Shown: positions 47,669 through 58,300, counted from the stretch's first letter. The stretch: DNA of 64,000 bases from Cyanophyceae cyanobacterium (GCA_050331735.1 JBHJGN010000004.1:32001-96000), one strand, 5' to 3'. The notes: a model not told the origin generated them from the letters alone. Translations and numbers: made by a program.

Positions 47669-48815
47669 ACGATGTCATATCTGTGTTCTTGGTGGCGGCT
47701 TCGGTGGTCTCTACACGGCTCTCTATTTCAGCCACTTTTCTCGGGTAAAATCGGGAAAATGCCAAGTTACCCTGGTTGAAAAAAACGATCGCTTTCTGTT
47801 TACGCCTCTCCTGTATGAGCTGCTCACGCAAGAACTACAGCGCTGGGAAATTGCTCCTTCCTACTACAAGCTGCTGGCCCGGACCAAAATTAAGCTCTGT
47901 CAACAGACGATTGAGGACGTAGATCTCAAAGCTCGTCGGGTTCGACTAGCAGAGGGGCACCTAACTTACGACTATCTGGTTCTGGCCGTCGGCAACCAAA
48001 CTCAGTATGCTCAGATTCCCGGTGTCGTTGAACATACCCTGCCATTTCGGACTCTCGCGGATGCCGAACTTTTAGATCAGCGGCTTCAGCTTTTAGAAGC
48101 TACCCAACGACAGCGCCTGCGCGTTGCCATCGTTGGCGGTGGCCCCAGCGGAGTGGAACTGGCCTGCAAGCTCGCTGACCGTCTTCACAAACGGGGTCAA
48201 ATCTCTCTGCTCGACCGGGGGGAGCAGTTGCTCAAGCCCTATAACCAAGCCATTCGAGCAGCGGCAGAGCGATCGCTTCATCAGCGCCGGGTGCAGGTGA
48301 GTCTCAATACCACCGTCAAAACCATTACAGCAGAGCACATTACTCTTGTTCAAGATGAACAAATCCAAACCGTTCCGGTAGACCTGGTGCTGTGGACGGC
48401 AGGAACGAAGATTAGAGACTGGGTGCAGAAACTCGAGTGTCAGCACAACGAGCGCGGCCAGGTTCTAACGAGGCCAACTCTACAGCTAGTAGATTACCCG
48501 GAAGTGCTAGCGCTGGGAGATCTGGCCGAGTGCCAGAGCAAACAAGCACCGACGACGGCTCAAGTCGCGTATCAGCAGGCCAGCCGCGCTGCTAAAAACC
48601 TCAAAGCAATTGTGAAAGGGCAACGTTTGCGTACTTTTCACTATCTTCACTTAGGAGATATGTTAACTCTAGGCAAGGGGGCGGCCATTGTTTCTAGTTT
48701 TTCGATTAATATTACTGGCTCTTTCGGTGCTCTGCTCAGACGATTAATTTACGTTCAGCGCCTCCCGACGTGGCGACATCGATTACAGGTGTTGAAACGT
48801 TTGTTGGTCGGTTAA
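47658..48815 (+). CDS. NAD(P)/FAD-dependent oxidoreductase, type II NADH dehydrogenase (NdbB-like)
   Basis: GGGFGGL, FTPLLYE, GGGPSGVELA, GD...TAQVAYQQ. Confidence 0.85.
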   Translation: MTSERCHICVLGGGFGGLYTALYFSHFSRVKSGKCQVTLVEKNDRFLFTPLLYELLTQELQRWEIAPSYYKLLARTKIKLCQQTIEDVDLKARRVRLAEGHLTYDYLVLAVGNQTQYAQIPGVVEHTLPFRTLADAELLDQRLQLLEATQRQRLRVAIVGGGPSGVELACKLADRLHKRGQISLLDRGEQLLKPYNQAIRAAAERSLHQRRVQVSLNTTVKTITAEHITLVQDEQIQTVPVDLVLWTAGTKIRDWVQKLECQHNERGQVLTRPTLQLVDYPEVLALGDLAECQSKQAPTTAQVAYQQASRAAKNLKAIVKGQRLRTFHYLHLGDMLTLGKGAAIVSSFSINITGSFGALLRRLIYVQRLPTWRHRLQVLKRLLVG

Positions 48816-48913
48816 CCGGACGCTGCGTTTCGACGGCAGGCTGGGTAAACTAGTTGGCAAGGCAGAATTGCCCAGGCTTCAGTAAAGAGCATAAAATTAA
48901 GGACCACAGAGCA

Positions 48914-50731
48914 ATGTTATTGAAGGAAAACAAGCTAGAGGAGGTTTTCGGCCTAGATTTACGGTCTTTGGGTCTATTTCGTATCGGTCTCGCCTTAGTG
49001 GTAATAGCAGATTTGAGTATCCGAGCTGGAGAGCTAACGGCTCACTATTCAGATGCAGGTGTGCTGCCTCGCGCCACGCTCATTAACGAAATTTTACCCT
49101 CTGGCTACTGGTCAATTAACTTAATTAGTGGCTCACCGCTGGTTCAGGCCCTGCTGTTTGGTATCGCGCTTTTGGTCGCGGTCGTGCTGCTGGTAGGCTA
49201 TCGGACTCGACTGGCGACGATCGCCACTTGGGCAATGCTTGTTTCGATTCACAACCGGAACCCGGCTCTCATTTTCGCTGCCGACGACGTGCTGCGAGCG
49301 ATGCTGTTTTGGTCGATGTTTTTGCCGTTAGGAGCGAGCTACTCGCTCGACAGTGCCCTCAACTCTTCTACCAAGCCGCTGCCTAAACGGGTGCTTTCCG
49401 TGGCGACGGTGGCTTTTATTGTCCAAATTTGCTACATTTACATATTTTCTGCCGCCTTTAAAACCCACAGCCCGCTGTGGTCTGGTGGAGAAGCAGTTTA
49501 CTATTCGTTTCAGTTTGACCAATACGGAACGCCTTTAGGGCAATTTCTGCTCAACTTTCCGGGGTTACTGAAGCTGTTTACATTCTTCGCTTTGTGGTTG
49601 GAATGGCTCGGCCCGCTGCTGCTGTTTATTCCCTTCCGCACGAGCCTTTGGCGCTGCGTGACAATTGTGTTGTTTGTCCTGCTTCACGTCAGCTTTGGAC
49701 TCTGCTTTCGATTAGGCATTTTCCCGTTTCTCAGCACTTTTAGCTGGCTCGCCTTGATTCCGAGTTCGGTCTGGGACGGGCTCAGAGCGCGAATTGCTGA
49801 CTCCCGCCGTAGCGGACTGAGAATTTACTACGATGCCGAGTGTGGCTTCTGTAAAAAGGTAGTTTATCTGATTCGGACGTTTCTAATCCTGCCCGGAACT
49901 CCGCTATTGCTGGCACAGAGCGAGCCGTCGATCTATGCCGATATGCAGGAGAAAAATTCCTGGGTCGTGGTGGACTGGCAAGAACACCGACACTATAAAT
50001 GGGAGGCGATCGCCTACGTGTGTAGTTTGTCTCCTCTCCTCTGGTTTCTCTCTCCGATCCTGCGGTGGAAACCACTAATGGCTATAGGCACCAAAATCTA
50101 TGAAACCATCGCCTCTAACCGCCGATTCATGGGCAAGTTTACCGCGCCGCTCAAGTGGAAACCGCTCGAAGTCCGTCCTCGCCTCTGGTTCAACCTCATT
50201 ACTTTCGCTCTGCTGCTCTACGTAACGATTTGGAACTTTAGAAGCCTAGCTCTTAGCATTCTCCCGCGCGACCATCTGGTGCATCAAACTTTCAGAAGAA
50301 GAACCTTTAATACCCTTAACTGGTTTGGGAAAGTGACTCGCCTCGATCAGTCCTGGAGTATTTTTGCGCCTAACCCTCCCCGAGATGATGGCTGGTATGT
50401 CGTGCGCGGTATCCTCGATAACGGTCGTGAAGTTGATATTCTCAGCGGGGAATCTCCTAACTACGATAAGCCAACCCTGCGCCAGCGTAACGCGCTCTAT
50501 CGCAACATGCAGTGGCGCACGTACTTCATTAACTTGAATCGAGCGATTGGGCAGAAACTATATGCTGACTATGGCGCTTACCTTTGCCGTCACTGGAACA
50601 GTCAGCATAGCGAACAGCTTAACACCATAGAAGTTTATTTTATGGATGAAACAACGGTACCGCCCGGTGAAACCCAAACGGTTACCAAACGAACAACCTG
50701 GGAGCAAACTTGCCCAAGTAGCGAGGAGTAG
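48914..50731 (+). CDS. HTTM-domain membrane protein with an inserted DCC1-like thiol-disulfide domain
   Basis: DLRSLGLFRI..HNRNP..LPLG..SLD HTTM features; YDAECGFC; LDQSWSIFAP. Confidence 0.75.
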   Translation: MLLKENKLEEVFGLDLRSLGLFRIGLALVVIADLSIRAGELTAHYSDAGVLPRATLINEILPSGYWSINLISGSPLVQALLFGIALLVAVVLLVGYRTRLATIATWAMLVSIHNRNPALIFAADDVLRAMLFWSMFLPLGASYSLDSALNSSTKPLPKRVLSVATVAFIVQICYIYIFSAAFKTHSPLWSGGEAVYYSFQFDQYGTPLGQFLLNFPGLLKLFTFFALWLEWLGPLLLFIPFRTSLWRCVTIVLFVLLHVSFGLCFRLGIFPFLSTFSWLALIPSSVWDGLRARIADSRRSGLRIYYDAECGFCKKVVYLIRTFLILPGTPLLLAQSEPSIYADMQEKNSWVVVDWQEHRHYKWEAIAYVCSLSPLLWFLSPILRWKPLMAIGTKIYETIASNRRFMGKFTAPLKWKPLEVRPRLWFNLITFALLLYVTIWNFRSLALSILPRDHLVHQTFRRRTFNTLNWFGKVTRLDQSWSIFAPNPPRDDGWYVVRGILDNGREVDILSGESPNYDKPTLRQRNALYRNMQWRTYFINLNRAIGQKLYADYGAYLCRHWNSQHSEQLNTIEVYFMDETTVPPGETQTVTKRTTWEQTCPSSEE

Positions 50732-50802
50732 AAGCCTGCGCGTCACCGTCATTTTCTGACCTTCATCAAGCCACAATAACGCTCGGCTGAACCGATATCA
50801 AA

Positions 50803-52494
50803 ATGAGCCGCCCCCCACTCGAGACCCCCCCCACTCGCCGTCATCAACGACTGATAGTTAAGGCGGCTTTCTGGCTAATAGCAATAGCCCTCGGGTTTCT
50901 ACAGGCTTGGAATAGCCGCTATAGCTTGTCCACAGGAGATGCCGTTTCTTACCTCGATCTTGGCAAAGCGTATCTTCAAGGAGATTGGGATGCGGCGGTG
51001 ACTTCCTATTTTGCTCCTCTGTACCCAATCTTTTTGGCTAGCTTTCAGGCGCTCCTCAGTCCTTCGAGCTTCTGGGAATTTTTTGTTGTCAAACTGACTA
51101 ACCTATTTATTTTGGCACTTAGTCTTGTTTGTTTTGATAGATTTCTCCACGAATTTATTATTTACTACAACAGTCACCGAACAACTGACAAAGAGCGTTG
51201 GCTCATTCCATCGTGGCTTTGGATAGTCGCTGGCTACATTTTATTTATTTGGTCAGCGACTCAATGGATAGGCGTTGATACCGATAGTCCCGATTTGTTG
51301 ATGTCGGCAACAATCTATCTAGCGATGGCCATTGTGCTCAGGATTAGCCGCTCTGAGCAGTGGACCAGTTTTATTTTGTTAGGGGTCGTGTTAGGACTTG
51401 GGTACTTAACTAAATCCTTTATGTTTCCAATGGCGTTTATTTTTTTGGGAGTTTCCTTCTTTTCAACTCAGAAAAATTTCCGGTCAGCGGCTAAAATTGC
51501 CGTGGCTTTTTTGGCTTTTGTCACGATCTCGTGCCCCTATATTTACGCCATTTCCTCTTTTGAAGGCGAGTTCACTTTTGGATCAAGTGGGCAGTTGAAC
51601 TACGCTTGGAACGTCAGTCCTGGAGGAATACACAATCATTATTGGCAAGGAGAACCGGCAGGAAGTGGGATACCAAAGCATCCAATTAGACAGGTTTTCG
51701 ATCAGCCGACGGTTTACGAATTTGGAGAACCGATTGGGGGAACGTATCCACCTTGGCACAATCCTGCTTACTGGAACGCTGGTTTGCAGACCACGTTTAA
51801 CTTGAGGAAGCAAATACACGTTCTCTGGGTCCACGCGCTAGAGTATTACCGCATCTTTTTTGGGGTTTTACTGTTTGGGTATTTGATTTTTGTGGCGGTA
51901 ACCGATAGTTGGAACGTTGCCGTCAAAAACTTGCTCAGAAACTGGATACTGCTTATTCCAGCTTGTGCTGGCTTAGGAAGCTTTATGTTAGTGCACGTCA
52001 GGGCAAGATACAGTGCTGCCCTCATTGTTATTTTGTTTGCGGCATTTTTTGGCAGCGTTTATCCTCCTAACGTCAAAGCCGTAAAACGCTTTACTGTTAC
52101 TGCTGTGCTGAGCATGACGCTACTGATTTGGCCTCAATTTGCTACCGCAGCAAAGAGTGCAGGAGAACCGCTTCAGTGGAAAATTGCCAACGGACTAAAT
52201 CAGCTAGGAATCGAGTCTGGAGAGCGAGTCGCTATTCTCGGTGGCTATAAGGTTGGCAGCAATTACTACTGGGCAAAACTAGCAGATCTCAAAATTGTGG
52301 CGGAAATTCCTAGCATCGAGGAGTTTTGGGAGGCGGATGACGCTACTCGCCAGAGAGTTTACGATACGTTAACAAGGACTGGAGCAAAAATTCTTGTTCA
52401 AGAACCCGGACAAGATTCCCCTCTCAAGTATTTGGAGACAGATGACTGGCAGAAAATTGACAATACGAAGTCCTATGTCCGTTTTTTACGGTGA
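50803..52494 (+). CDS. Polytopic membrane protein, probable GT-C (ArnT/PMT-like) glycosyltransferase
   Basis: GDAVSYLD after TM1, PLYP, LGLGYLTK, many TM helices. Confidence 0.55.
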   Translation: MSRPPLETPPTRRHQRLIVKAAFWLIAIALGFLQAWNSRYSLSTGDAVSYLDLGKAYLQGDWDAAVTSYFAPLYPIFLASFQALLSPSSFWEFFVVKLTNLFILALSLVCFDRFLHEFIIYYNSHRTTDKERWLIPSWLWIVAGYILFIWSATQWIGVDTDSPDLLMSATIYLAMAIVLRISRSEQWTSFILLGVVLGLGYLTKSFMFPMAFIFLGVSFFSTQKNFRSAAKIAVAFLAFVTISCPYIYAISSFEGEFTFGSSGQLNYAWNVSPGGIHNHYWQGEPAGSGIPKHPIRQVFDQPTVYEFGEPIGGTYPPWHNPAYWNAGLQTTFNLRKQIHVLWVHALEYYRIFFGVLLFGYLIFVAVTDSWNVAVKNLLRNWILLIPACAGLGSFMLVHVRARYSAALIVILFAAFFGSVYPPNVKAVKRFTVTAVLSMTLLIWPQFATAAKSAGEPLQWKIANGLNQLGIESGERVAILGGYKVGSNYYWAKLADLKIVAEIPSIEEFWEADDATRQRVYDTLTRTGAKILVQEPGQDSPLKYLETDDWQKIDNTKSYVRFLR

Positions 52495-52509
52495 GCTGAA
52501 ATTGAGCTT

Positions 52510-52552
52510 GCTCAAAGCAGCCGCCGGAAGAGGTTACGGCGGAACTTTGAGC
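52510..52552. other. Intergenic stem-loop
   Basis: gctcaaag..ccgccg / cggcgg..ctttgagc. Confidence 0.45.
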
Positions 52553-52704
52553 GACAAGACAAATTAAAAAAGTAACAAGTTGCAGGTGATTGCTTACTCC
52601 ACGGTCAACAATTATTCTCTACAGAATATATCAGGAAAACCACTTAAGACTAAATTGGCGCATACTTTACCTCAATTAGTTAAAGCTAGGAAATGGAAAC
52701 TTAG

Positions 52705-54186
52705 ATGCTATTTAACTCCTACATATTTATTTTCTGCTTTTTGCCAATTACGTTAACCATCTTTTTTTGTCTAGCTCGATTTCGCCAGCTTCAGGCTGCT
52801 AAAGTGTGGTTAACTATAAGTTCCTTATTCTTCTACGGCTATTGGAATATTAGCTATTTACCGCTGCTAGTAGGATCGATTATTTTTAATCATCAAATCG
52901 GTCACAGAATTGCTTTGACTAAACCAGAAAGTCGTCAAGCAAAAGCATTGCTGTGGATAGGAATTTGCGTTAATTTAGCCGCGATCGCCTACTACAAATA
53001 CGCTAACTTTTTTCTCACTTCCGTCAACGTCGTTGCGAACACTCGCCTAGCTTTACCAACAATTATTCTCCCGCTGGCAATTTCCTTCTACACCTTTACT
53101 CAAATTGCTTATTTGGTAGATGCCTATCGAGGCGAAACCAAAACGGCCAACTACGACCTCCTTACCTATAGCTTATTTGTGGTCTTTTTCCCTCAGCTAA
53201 TTGCGGGGCCGATTCTGCGCCATGACGAACTCATCCCGCAGTTTCGTCAACTACGAAATTTTATTTTTTCCCATAAAAATTTTGCTCTCGGACTCACTTT
53301 ATTTAGCTTGGGCCTAGCTAAAAAAGTACTGATCGCCGATATTCTATCGCCTTGGGTAGCTCTCGTTTTCGATCATGCAGAAGCCGTGACTTTTATTGAA
53401 GCCTGGGTAGGCGCTTTTAGCTATACTTTTCAGCTTTATTTTGACTTTTCTGGCTACTCAGACATGGCAATCGGCTTAGGGTTAATCTTTAATATTCATC
53501 TGCCGATCAATTTCGATTCTCCCTACAAAGCCAGCTCAATTATCGATTTTTGGCGACGCTGGCATATTACGCTCTCCAATTTTTTGCGAGATTACCTGTA
53601 CATTCCTCTTGGAGGAAGTCGCCAAGGAGAACTACGGCGCTACCTCAACCTCTTGACCACCATGCTACTAGGAGGACTTTGGCACGGTGCTGGCTGGACG
53701 TTTGTTATTTGGGGAGGACTGCATGGCGTTTATCTCTCGCTCAATCACTGGTGGCGCAAGCAAAAGATTCCGCTCCCGAACCTGCTCGGATGGGCGATTA
53801 CATTTGGGGCTGTTATGGTGAGCTGGGTATTATTTCGCGCGTACAGTCTGCAAGAGGGGGTAGCAATTTTACTGGCAATGTTTGGAGCGAAGGGAGTTGT
53901 GTTGCCTGGAGAACCTAGCGGGAAGCTTGCCTTTCTGACCCTATTTGGCGTTCGGCTTCAGCGATGGGCAGAACTAAACTATCTGCCCACGTTATATGAT
54001 AGTAAAGCTTTGGGTATGCTAGCCCTAGCCACGTTGACGGGGTGCGTAACGCTATTGCCCAATACTCAGCAAATTCTGCAAAAGCTGAAGCCAACATGGT
54101 GGTGGGCGTTAGGAATTGGAGCGATCGCTGGGTGTAGCTTACTCTCTCTCAACCGCGTGTCTGAGTTTCTCTATTTCCAGTTTTAA
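52705..54186 (+). CDS. MBOAT O-acyltransferase (AlgI-like)
   Basis: MLFNSYIFIFCFLP, ISFYTFTQIAY, FPQLIAGPI, DFSGYSDMA, FWRRWHITLS, GGLWHGA; ends FLYFQF. Confidence 0.93.
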   Translation: MLFNSYIFIFCFLPITLTIFFCLARFRQLQAAKVWLTISSLFFYGYWNISYLPLLVGSIIFNHQIGHRIALTKPESRQAKALLWIGICVNLAAIAYYKYANFFLTSVNVVANTRLALPTIILPLAISFYTFTQIAYLVDAYRGETKTANYDLLTYSLFVVFFPQLIAGPILRHDELIPQFRQLRNFIFSHKNFALGLTLFSLGLAKKVLIADILSPWVALVFDHAEAVTFIEAWVGAFSYTFQLYFDFSGYSDMAIGLGLIFNIHLPINFDSPYKASSIIDFWRRWHITLSNFLRDYLYIPLGGSRQGELRRYLNLLTTMLLGGLWHGAGWTFVIWGGLHGVYLSLNHWWRKQKIPLPNLLGWAITFGAVMVSWVLFRAYSLQEGVAILLAMFGAKGVVLPGEPSGKLAFLTLFGVRLQRWAELNYLPTLYDSKALGMLALATLTGCVTLLPNTQQILQKLKPTWWWALGIGAIAGCSLLSLNRVSEFLYFQF

Positions 54187-54358
54187 GCTCTTTGAAGTAG
54201 CCAGAGGATTTTTCCGGTCGTATCAAAAGGTTACTACCTGACGAGCAATTTTCCCTAGAATATATTTAGTAACTCACGTAAACAGCCTACAAACAGACTA
54301 AAAACTAATATTGGTTATCTTGTTCGCTCCCCAAACAGCAATCGCAATGTAGAAGACG

Positions 54359-54560
54359 GCTATTTGACCACTTTCGATGGCAGCAAAACCTTGACTGTAA
54401 TTGCCCTAGCTACGAAGGCATCACGCAGTTGGCTAACATCCATTAAAGTCTGCCAAGGTTGAAGCTAACCTAGGGTGGACCTGGGCAGATGAAGCGAGCG
54501 CTTGCGGTCAGTAATTCTCTCTCAACCGCGCGTCTAATCTGTCCTTTTAGTTTTCAATCC
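54359..54560 (+). pseudogene. Degenerate relic of an MBOAT gene 3' end
   Basis: Translates YLTTFDGSKTLTVIALAT versus YLPTLYDSKALGMLALAT in the preceding MBOAT; ctctctcaaccgcg.gtct is shared. Confidence 0.7.
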
Positions 54561-54571
54561 TCTTAAGCAGC

Positions 54572-55744
54572 ATGAGTACATTCTCTAATTCGTTTCGTTC
54601 TCATCAAGCTCCCGTTACTAAAAGGCAGTACCAAAAATTTAATCTTTGGCTGCTGGGAGCTGTGTCTGCTCCCATCGTGTCTATCGGCTTTTTCAATTTT
54701 GTTGTCGATCCCTACGATATTTTTCCCACTCCTGAACTCGGTATTAATCACGCTAAGCCCAAAAAAGGCAACAACGACCGCGTTCATAAAGCCGTTGACG
54801 TTATCCGTCTGCGACCAACAGTTGTCTTCGTTGGCTCATCAAGAACTAAACTCGGCTTAGATCCGAGTCATGCTGTCTGGGAAAACGCTGAAGAAGTTTA
54901 CAATTTGGGACTCAATGGGCCTAATTTTTACGAACAGCTTCGCTACTTAGAGCATGCGATCGCTAATCAAGAGAACCTAGAAGCCGTTGTCGTTGGGCTA
55001 GATTTTTTTGCTTTTAACCAGCACTTAGACAATCAGCCCACTTTCTCCGAGCATCGGTTGGAGAAGCAGCATCTCACCATCCGAGACTTTGTTAACTTTA
55101 CCGCTTCCCTCGATGTCCTGTCTGCGAGCTATGCTACTCTTCAAGAGAGTTTAAAGACTCCTAAGCGAGACGACTACGGCCAGGACGGCTTTACTCCAGA
55201 CCGCTACGAAGGCGACCCGGGATGGAAATTTAGAGAAGGATTAAAGCTATATTTTCAACTGCATGGCAACTATGAGCTATCCGAGAAGTACATGGATAGC
55301 CTCAGAACCCTGGTAGCAATCTGTCAGCAAAAAGAAATTCCGCTCTACCTGTTTATTTCTCCGGCCCATGCAACGCAGTGGGAGGCCATTCGAGCGACCG
55401 GACGCTGGCAGACTTTTGAGCAGTGGAAACGAGAAGTGGCCGCCATTGCTCCGGTTTGGGATTTCTCTGGGTACAGTAGCGTCACGACGGAACCAGTCAA
55501 TAGCCAGAGCAAAAACTATACAGATAACTCCCACTATACGCCTCTTGTTGGAGATTTAGTGCTTAATCGAATGTTTTCGGTAAACGAGCAGTCAGTTCCC
55601 CAAGATTTTGGAGTGTTGCTAACTTCAGAAAATCTTGAGTCTCAGTTAGCACAAATCCGTCAAAACCGCCAAGAATGGGCCAAACAAAATCCTGAAGTCG
55701 TTGAACTCGTCCAGAAACTACAGCAGGAAATTAAACAAGAGTAG
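54572..55744 (+). CDS. Membrane-anchored SGNH-like protein (MBOAT partner)
   Basis: N-terminal TM then NFVVDPY; VGSSR, YNLG, DNSHY. Confidence 0.65.
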   Translation: MSTFSNSFRSHQAPVTKRQYQKFNLWLLGAVSAPIVSIGFFNFVVDPYDIFPTPELGINHAKPKKGNNDRVHKAVDVIRLRPTVVFVGSSRTKLGLDPSHAVWENAEEVYNLGLNGPNFYEQLRYLEHAIANQENLEAVVVGLDFFAFNQHLDNQPTFSEHRLEKQHLTIRDFVNFTASLDVLSASYATLQESLKTPKRDDYGQDGFTPDRYEGDPGWKFREGLKLYFQLHGNYELSEKYMDSLRTLVAICQQKEIPLYLFISPAHATQWEAIRATGRWQTFEQWKREVAAIAPVWDFSGYSSVTTEPVNSQSKNYTDNSHYTPLVGDLVLNRMFSVNEQSVPQDFGVLLTSENLESQLAQIRQNRQEWAKQNPEVVELVQKLQQEIKQE

Positions 55745-55937
55745 TGGTTGTGAACTCAATGAGGCGAAAAATAACATCCTAGATTTCTGTTGATTGTTGA
55801 TAGTTCATGGTTAAAGGCGTACCTGACGCTTTTTAAAAAAAACCATTCCTCTTGCCGCCTGGTTTCCCTCAATGTGATGAACGCTGGTTACTGCCCAAGA
55901 GACATATTATAGAAAAGAAAGAGCTTCCTCATTCAAC

Positions 55938-56816
55938 ATGGGAACTATTTGGGAACTAGATTTTTATTCGCGCCCGATTCTCGACGAGAATAACAAAAAA
56001 GTGTGGGAAGTCGCGATTTGTGAAAGTCCGCTAGAGATTGGGCGATCGCCCGATTCTTTGTTTCGGTACTCTCAATTTTGCTCCAATAAGACCGTCAATT
56101 CTCTCTGGCTGCGGGAGGCCCTAGAAAAGGCGATGGCGGAAGCTCCCACCCCACCGAAGAAAGTCCGCTTTTTCCGCCGCTCGATGAAGAATATGATTAC
56201 CAAAGCCTGTGAGGATGCTGGCATTGCCGCTGTCCCAAGCCGCCGGACCTATGCCCTGAACCAGTGGCTAGCCCAACGGCAGGAATTTTATGCTCAGCAG
56301 CCGGGATACGACCCGACCGCCGCCACTGCCGCTTCGGTGCAGTACCCCACCGCGAACGCCGTTCCCCTTCCCGATGCAATTCGCGGAGACAAACAAGATC
56401 AATGGGCCTTCGTCAGCTTAGAAGCGGCTGCCTTCTCGGAGATGCCTGAATGGAATATTGCCTTTGGCGAAGCCTTTCCGTTAGCAATGATGGGCGTAAC
56501 AAACGAAACCCGCATTCCCGGACTGATTATCTTTTCCGCGAGAGCTATTCCGCTGGCTGGCTGGATGTCGGGATTAGAAATGGGGTTTATGCGCTTAGAA
56601 GGCGGTTCTCGACCGCAAGTGATTCTAGAAACTGGAGATAGCGATAGCTGGATTTTAGCAAGCGTTACTAATGCTCAAACTCGGGCAGAAGCTGAAGGGT
56701 TTGAACGAGCCAAACGGGGACACGGCGTTCATTTTTTAGCCGTTCAGCAAAGCCCCAACTCCGAAGACTTCGCTGGATTCTGGCTGCTTAAGGGCGAGGG
56801 ACGCGATGAGTGCTGA
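55938..56816 (+). CDS. Tab2/Atab2 family RNA-binding protein
   Basis: WELDFYSRPILDENNKKVWE..VNSLWL..HFLAVQ..FAGFWLL. Confidence 0.9.
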   Translation: MGTIWELDFYSRPILDENNKKVWEVAICESPLEIGRSPDSLFRYSQFCSNKTVNSLWLREALEKAMAEAPTPPKKVRFFRRSMKNMITKACEDAGIAAVPSRRTYALNQWLAQRQEFYAQQPGYDPTAATAASVQYPTANAVPLPDAIRGDKQDQWAFVSLEAAAFSEMPEWNIAFGEAFPLAMMGVTNETRIPGLIIFSARAIPLAGWMSGLEMGFMRLEGGSRPQVILETGDSDSWILASVTNAQTRAEAEGFERAKRGHGVHFLAVQQSPNSEDFAGFWLLKGEGRDEC

Positions 56817-58092
56817 TTTAGAACAGTTGCTGGAACTGGCCTTCAAAGCCGGGGCAGAGTATGCCGAAGTGTATCAAGTGCGATCACACTCTCGTCCGGT
56901 CTTTTTTGAGTCTAATCGCCTCAAGCAGCTAGAGAGTTCTCGCTCAGAAGGGGTAGCACTGCGGGTGTGGCGCGAGGGCTGTCCTGGGCTAGCGGTGGCC
57001 TATGGGTTGGTAGAACCACGGGCGATCGTTGAAAAAGCGATCGCCCTTTCCGCCCTCAATGCCCCTGAAACCGTTGAGATTGACTCAGGGCGAACTGAAA
57101 TTTATCCAGATACGGGAGAGACAGTTCCCGTGGAAGAGCTGGTCGCTGTGGGCAGTAGTGCGATCGAGCAAATCCGCGATGTCTATCCAGAGAGCGTGTG
57201 TAGTGCCGAACTAGAGTGCGAACAAGAGACAACCATTTTGCTTAACTCTCAGGGACTGCACTGCCAATACACCACCACCTCTCTCAGCTACTTTATCGGG
57301 GCTGAGTGGATAAGAGGAGAGGATTTTCTGGGTGTCTATGATGGAGATTCCGTTCGCGGCCAGCCCGACCCGACTCCAGTGATTCAACATATTTTGCAAC
57401 GCCTCGACTGGGCCAACTCTCAGGCGACTCCTCCAGCAGGACACATTCCGGTGCTTTGGACGACAAATGCCGCTACCATGCTGTGGGAAACGGTTGCTGA
57501 AGCCTTAAGCGGCAAAAGGGTCGGCGAAGGCTCTTCTCCGTGGAGCAACAAACAGGGGCAATTGGTGCTGGATAGTTCTTTAACTCTCTCGCAGCAGCCT
57601 CAACAAGGTTTCGCTCCCTGTCCTTTCGATGATGAAGGCACCCCGACTCACTATTTGACGTTGATTAACCAGGGAAAGCTCGAGCAATTTTATACAGACC
57701 GAACGACAGCCAAGTTCCTCAACACTCACAGTACTGGGAATGGCTTTCGCTCCAGCTTGACGTGCTATCCTACCCCGGAGTTAGTGAATCTCCTCGTTGA
57801 ACCAGGGCAAGGAATGTTGTTGGAGCTAGTCGCCCAGCTCGATGAAGGATTAATTGTCGATCAAATTCTGGGCGGCGGGGCTGATATTTCCGGCAACTTT
57901 TCAGTGAACGTCGATCTTGGCTATCGAGTTCAAAACGGGGAAATTGTTGGCCGCGTTAAAGATACCATGGTGGATGGAAACGTGTACACCGCGCTGAAGC
58001 AGGTAGCACTCTTGGGGAGCGATCGCCGCTGGCAAGGTTCTACCTGCACTCCCTCTGTGCTGGTAGAGGGACTATCGGTAATCAGCGCTTAG
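56806..58092 (+). CDS. TldD/PmbA family protein (PmbA/TldE-like)
   Basis: PFDDEGTP, STGNGFR, ISGNFS, VKDTMVDGN; no HExxH seen. Confidence 0.85.
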   Translation: MSADLEQLLELAFKAGAEYAEVYQVRSHSRPVFFESNRLKQLESSRSEGVALRVWREGCPGLAVAYGLVEPRAIVEKAIALSALNAPETVEIDSGRTEIYPDTGETVPVEELVAVGSSAIEQIRDVYPESVCSAELECEQETTILLNSQGLHCQYTTTSLSYFIGAEWIRGEDFLGVYDGDSVRGQPDPTPVIQHILQRLDWANSQATPPAGHIPVLWTTNAATMLWETVAEALSGKRVGEGSSPWSNKQGQLVLDSSLTLSQQPQQGFAPCPFDDEGTPTHYLTLINQGKLEQFYTDRTTAKFLNTHSTGNGFRSSLTCYPTPELVNLLVEPGQGMLLELVAQLDEGLIVDQILGGGADISGNFSVNVDLGYRVQNGEIVGRVKDTMVDGNVYTALKQVALLGSDRRWQGSTCTPSVLVEGLSVISA

Positions 58093-58300
58093 GCTAAAGT
58101 CATCTAGTGAATTGTCACCAGTAACTCCCCTGAAAGAAACAACCGCTGTTACAATCAGTAACAGAGCCGTTAATCTCAAGCTCAGCTTATCCTTGTTCAA
58201 ATGCTAGTGCTCGCGGAGCATAAGCTTTGTCAATGAGCGAGAAGGCAACAGTCTCTATCTACTTTACCTATTAGTTGAACTGAGGGGTGTAAATTAAAGC

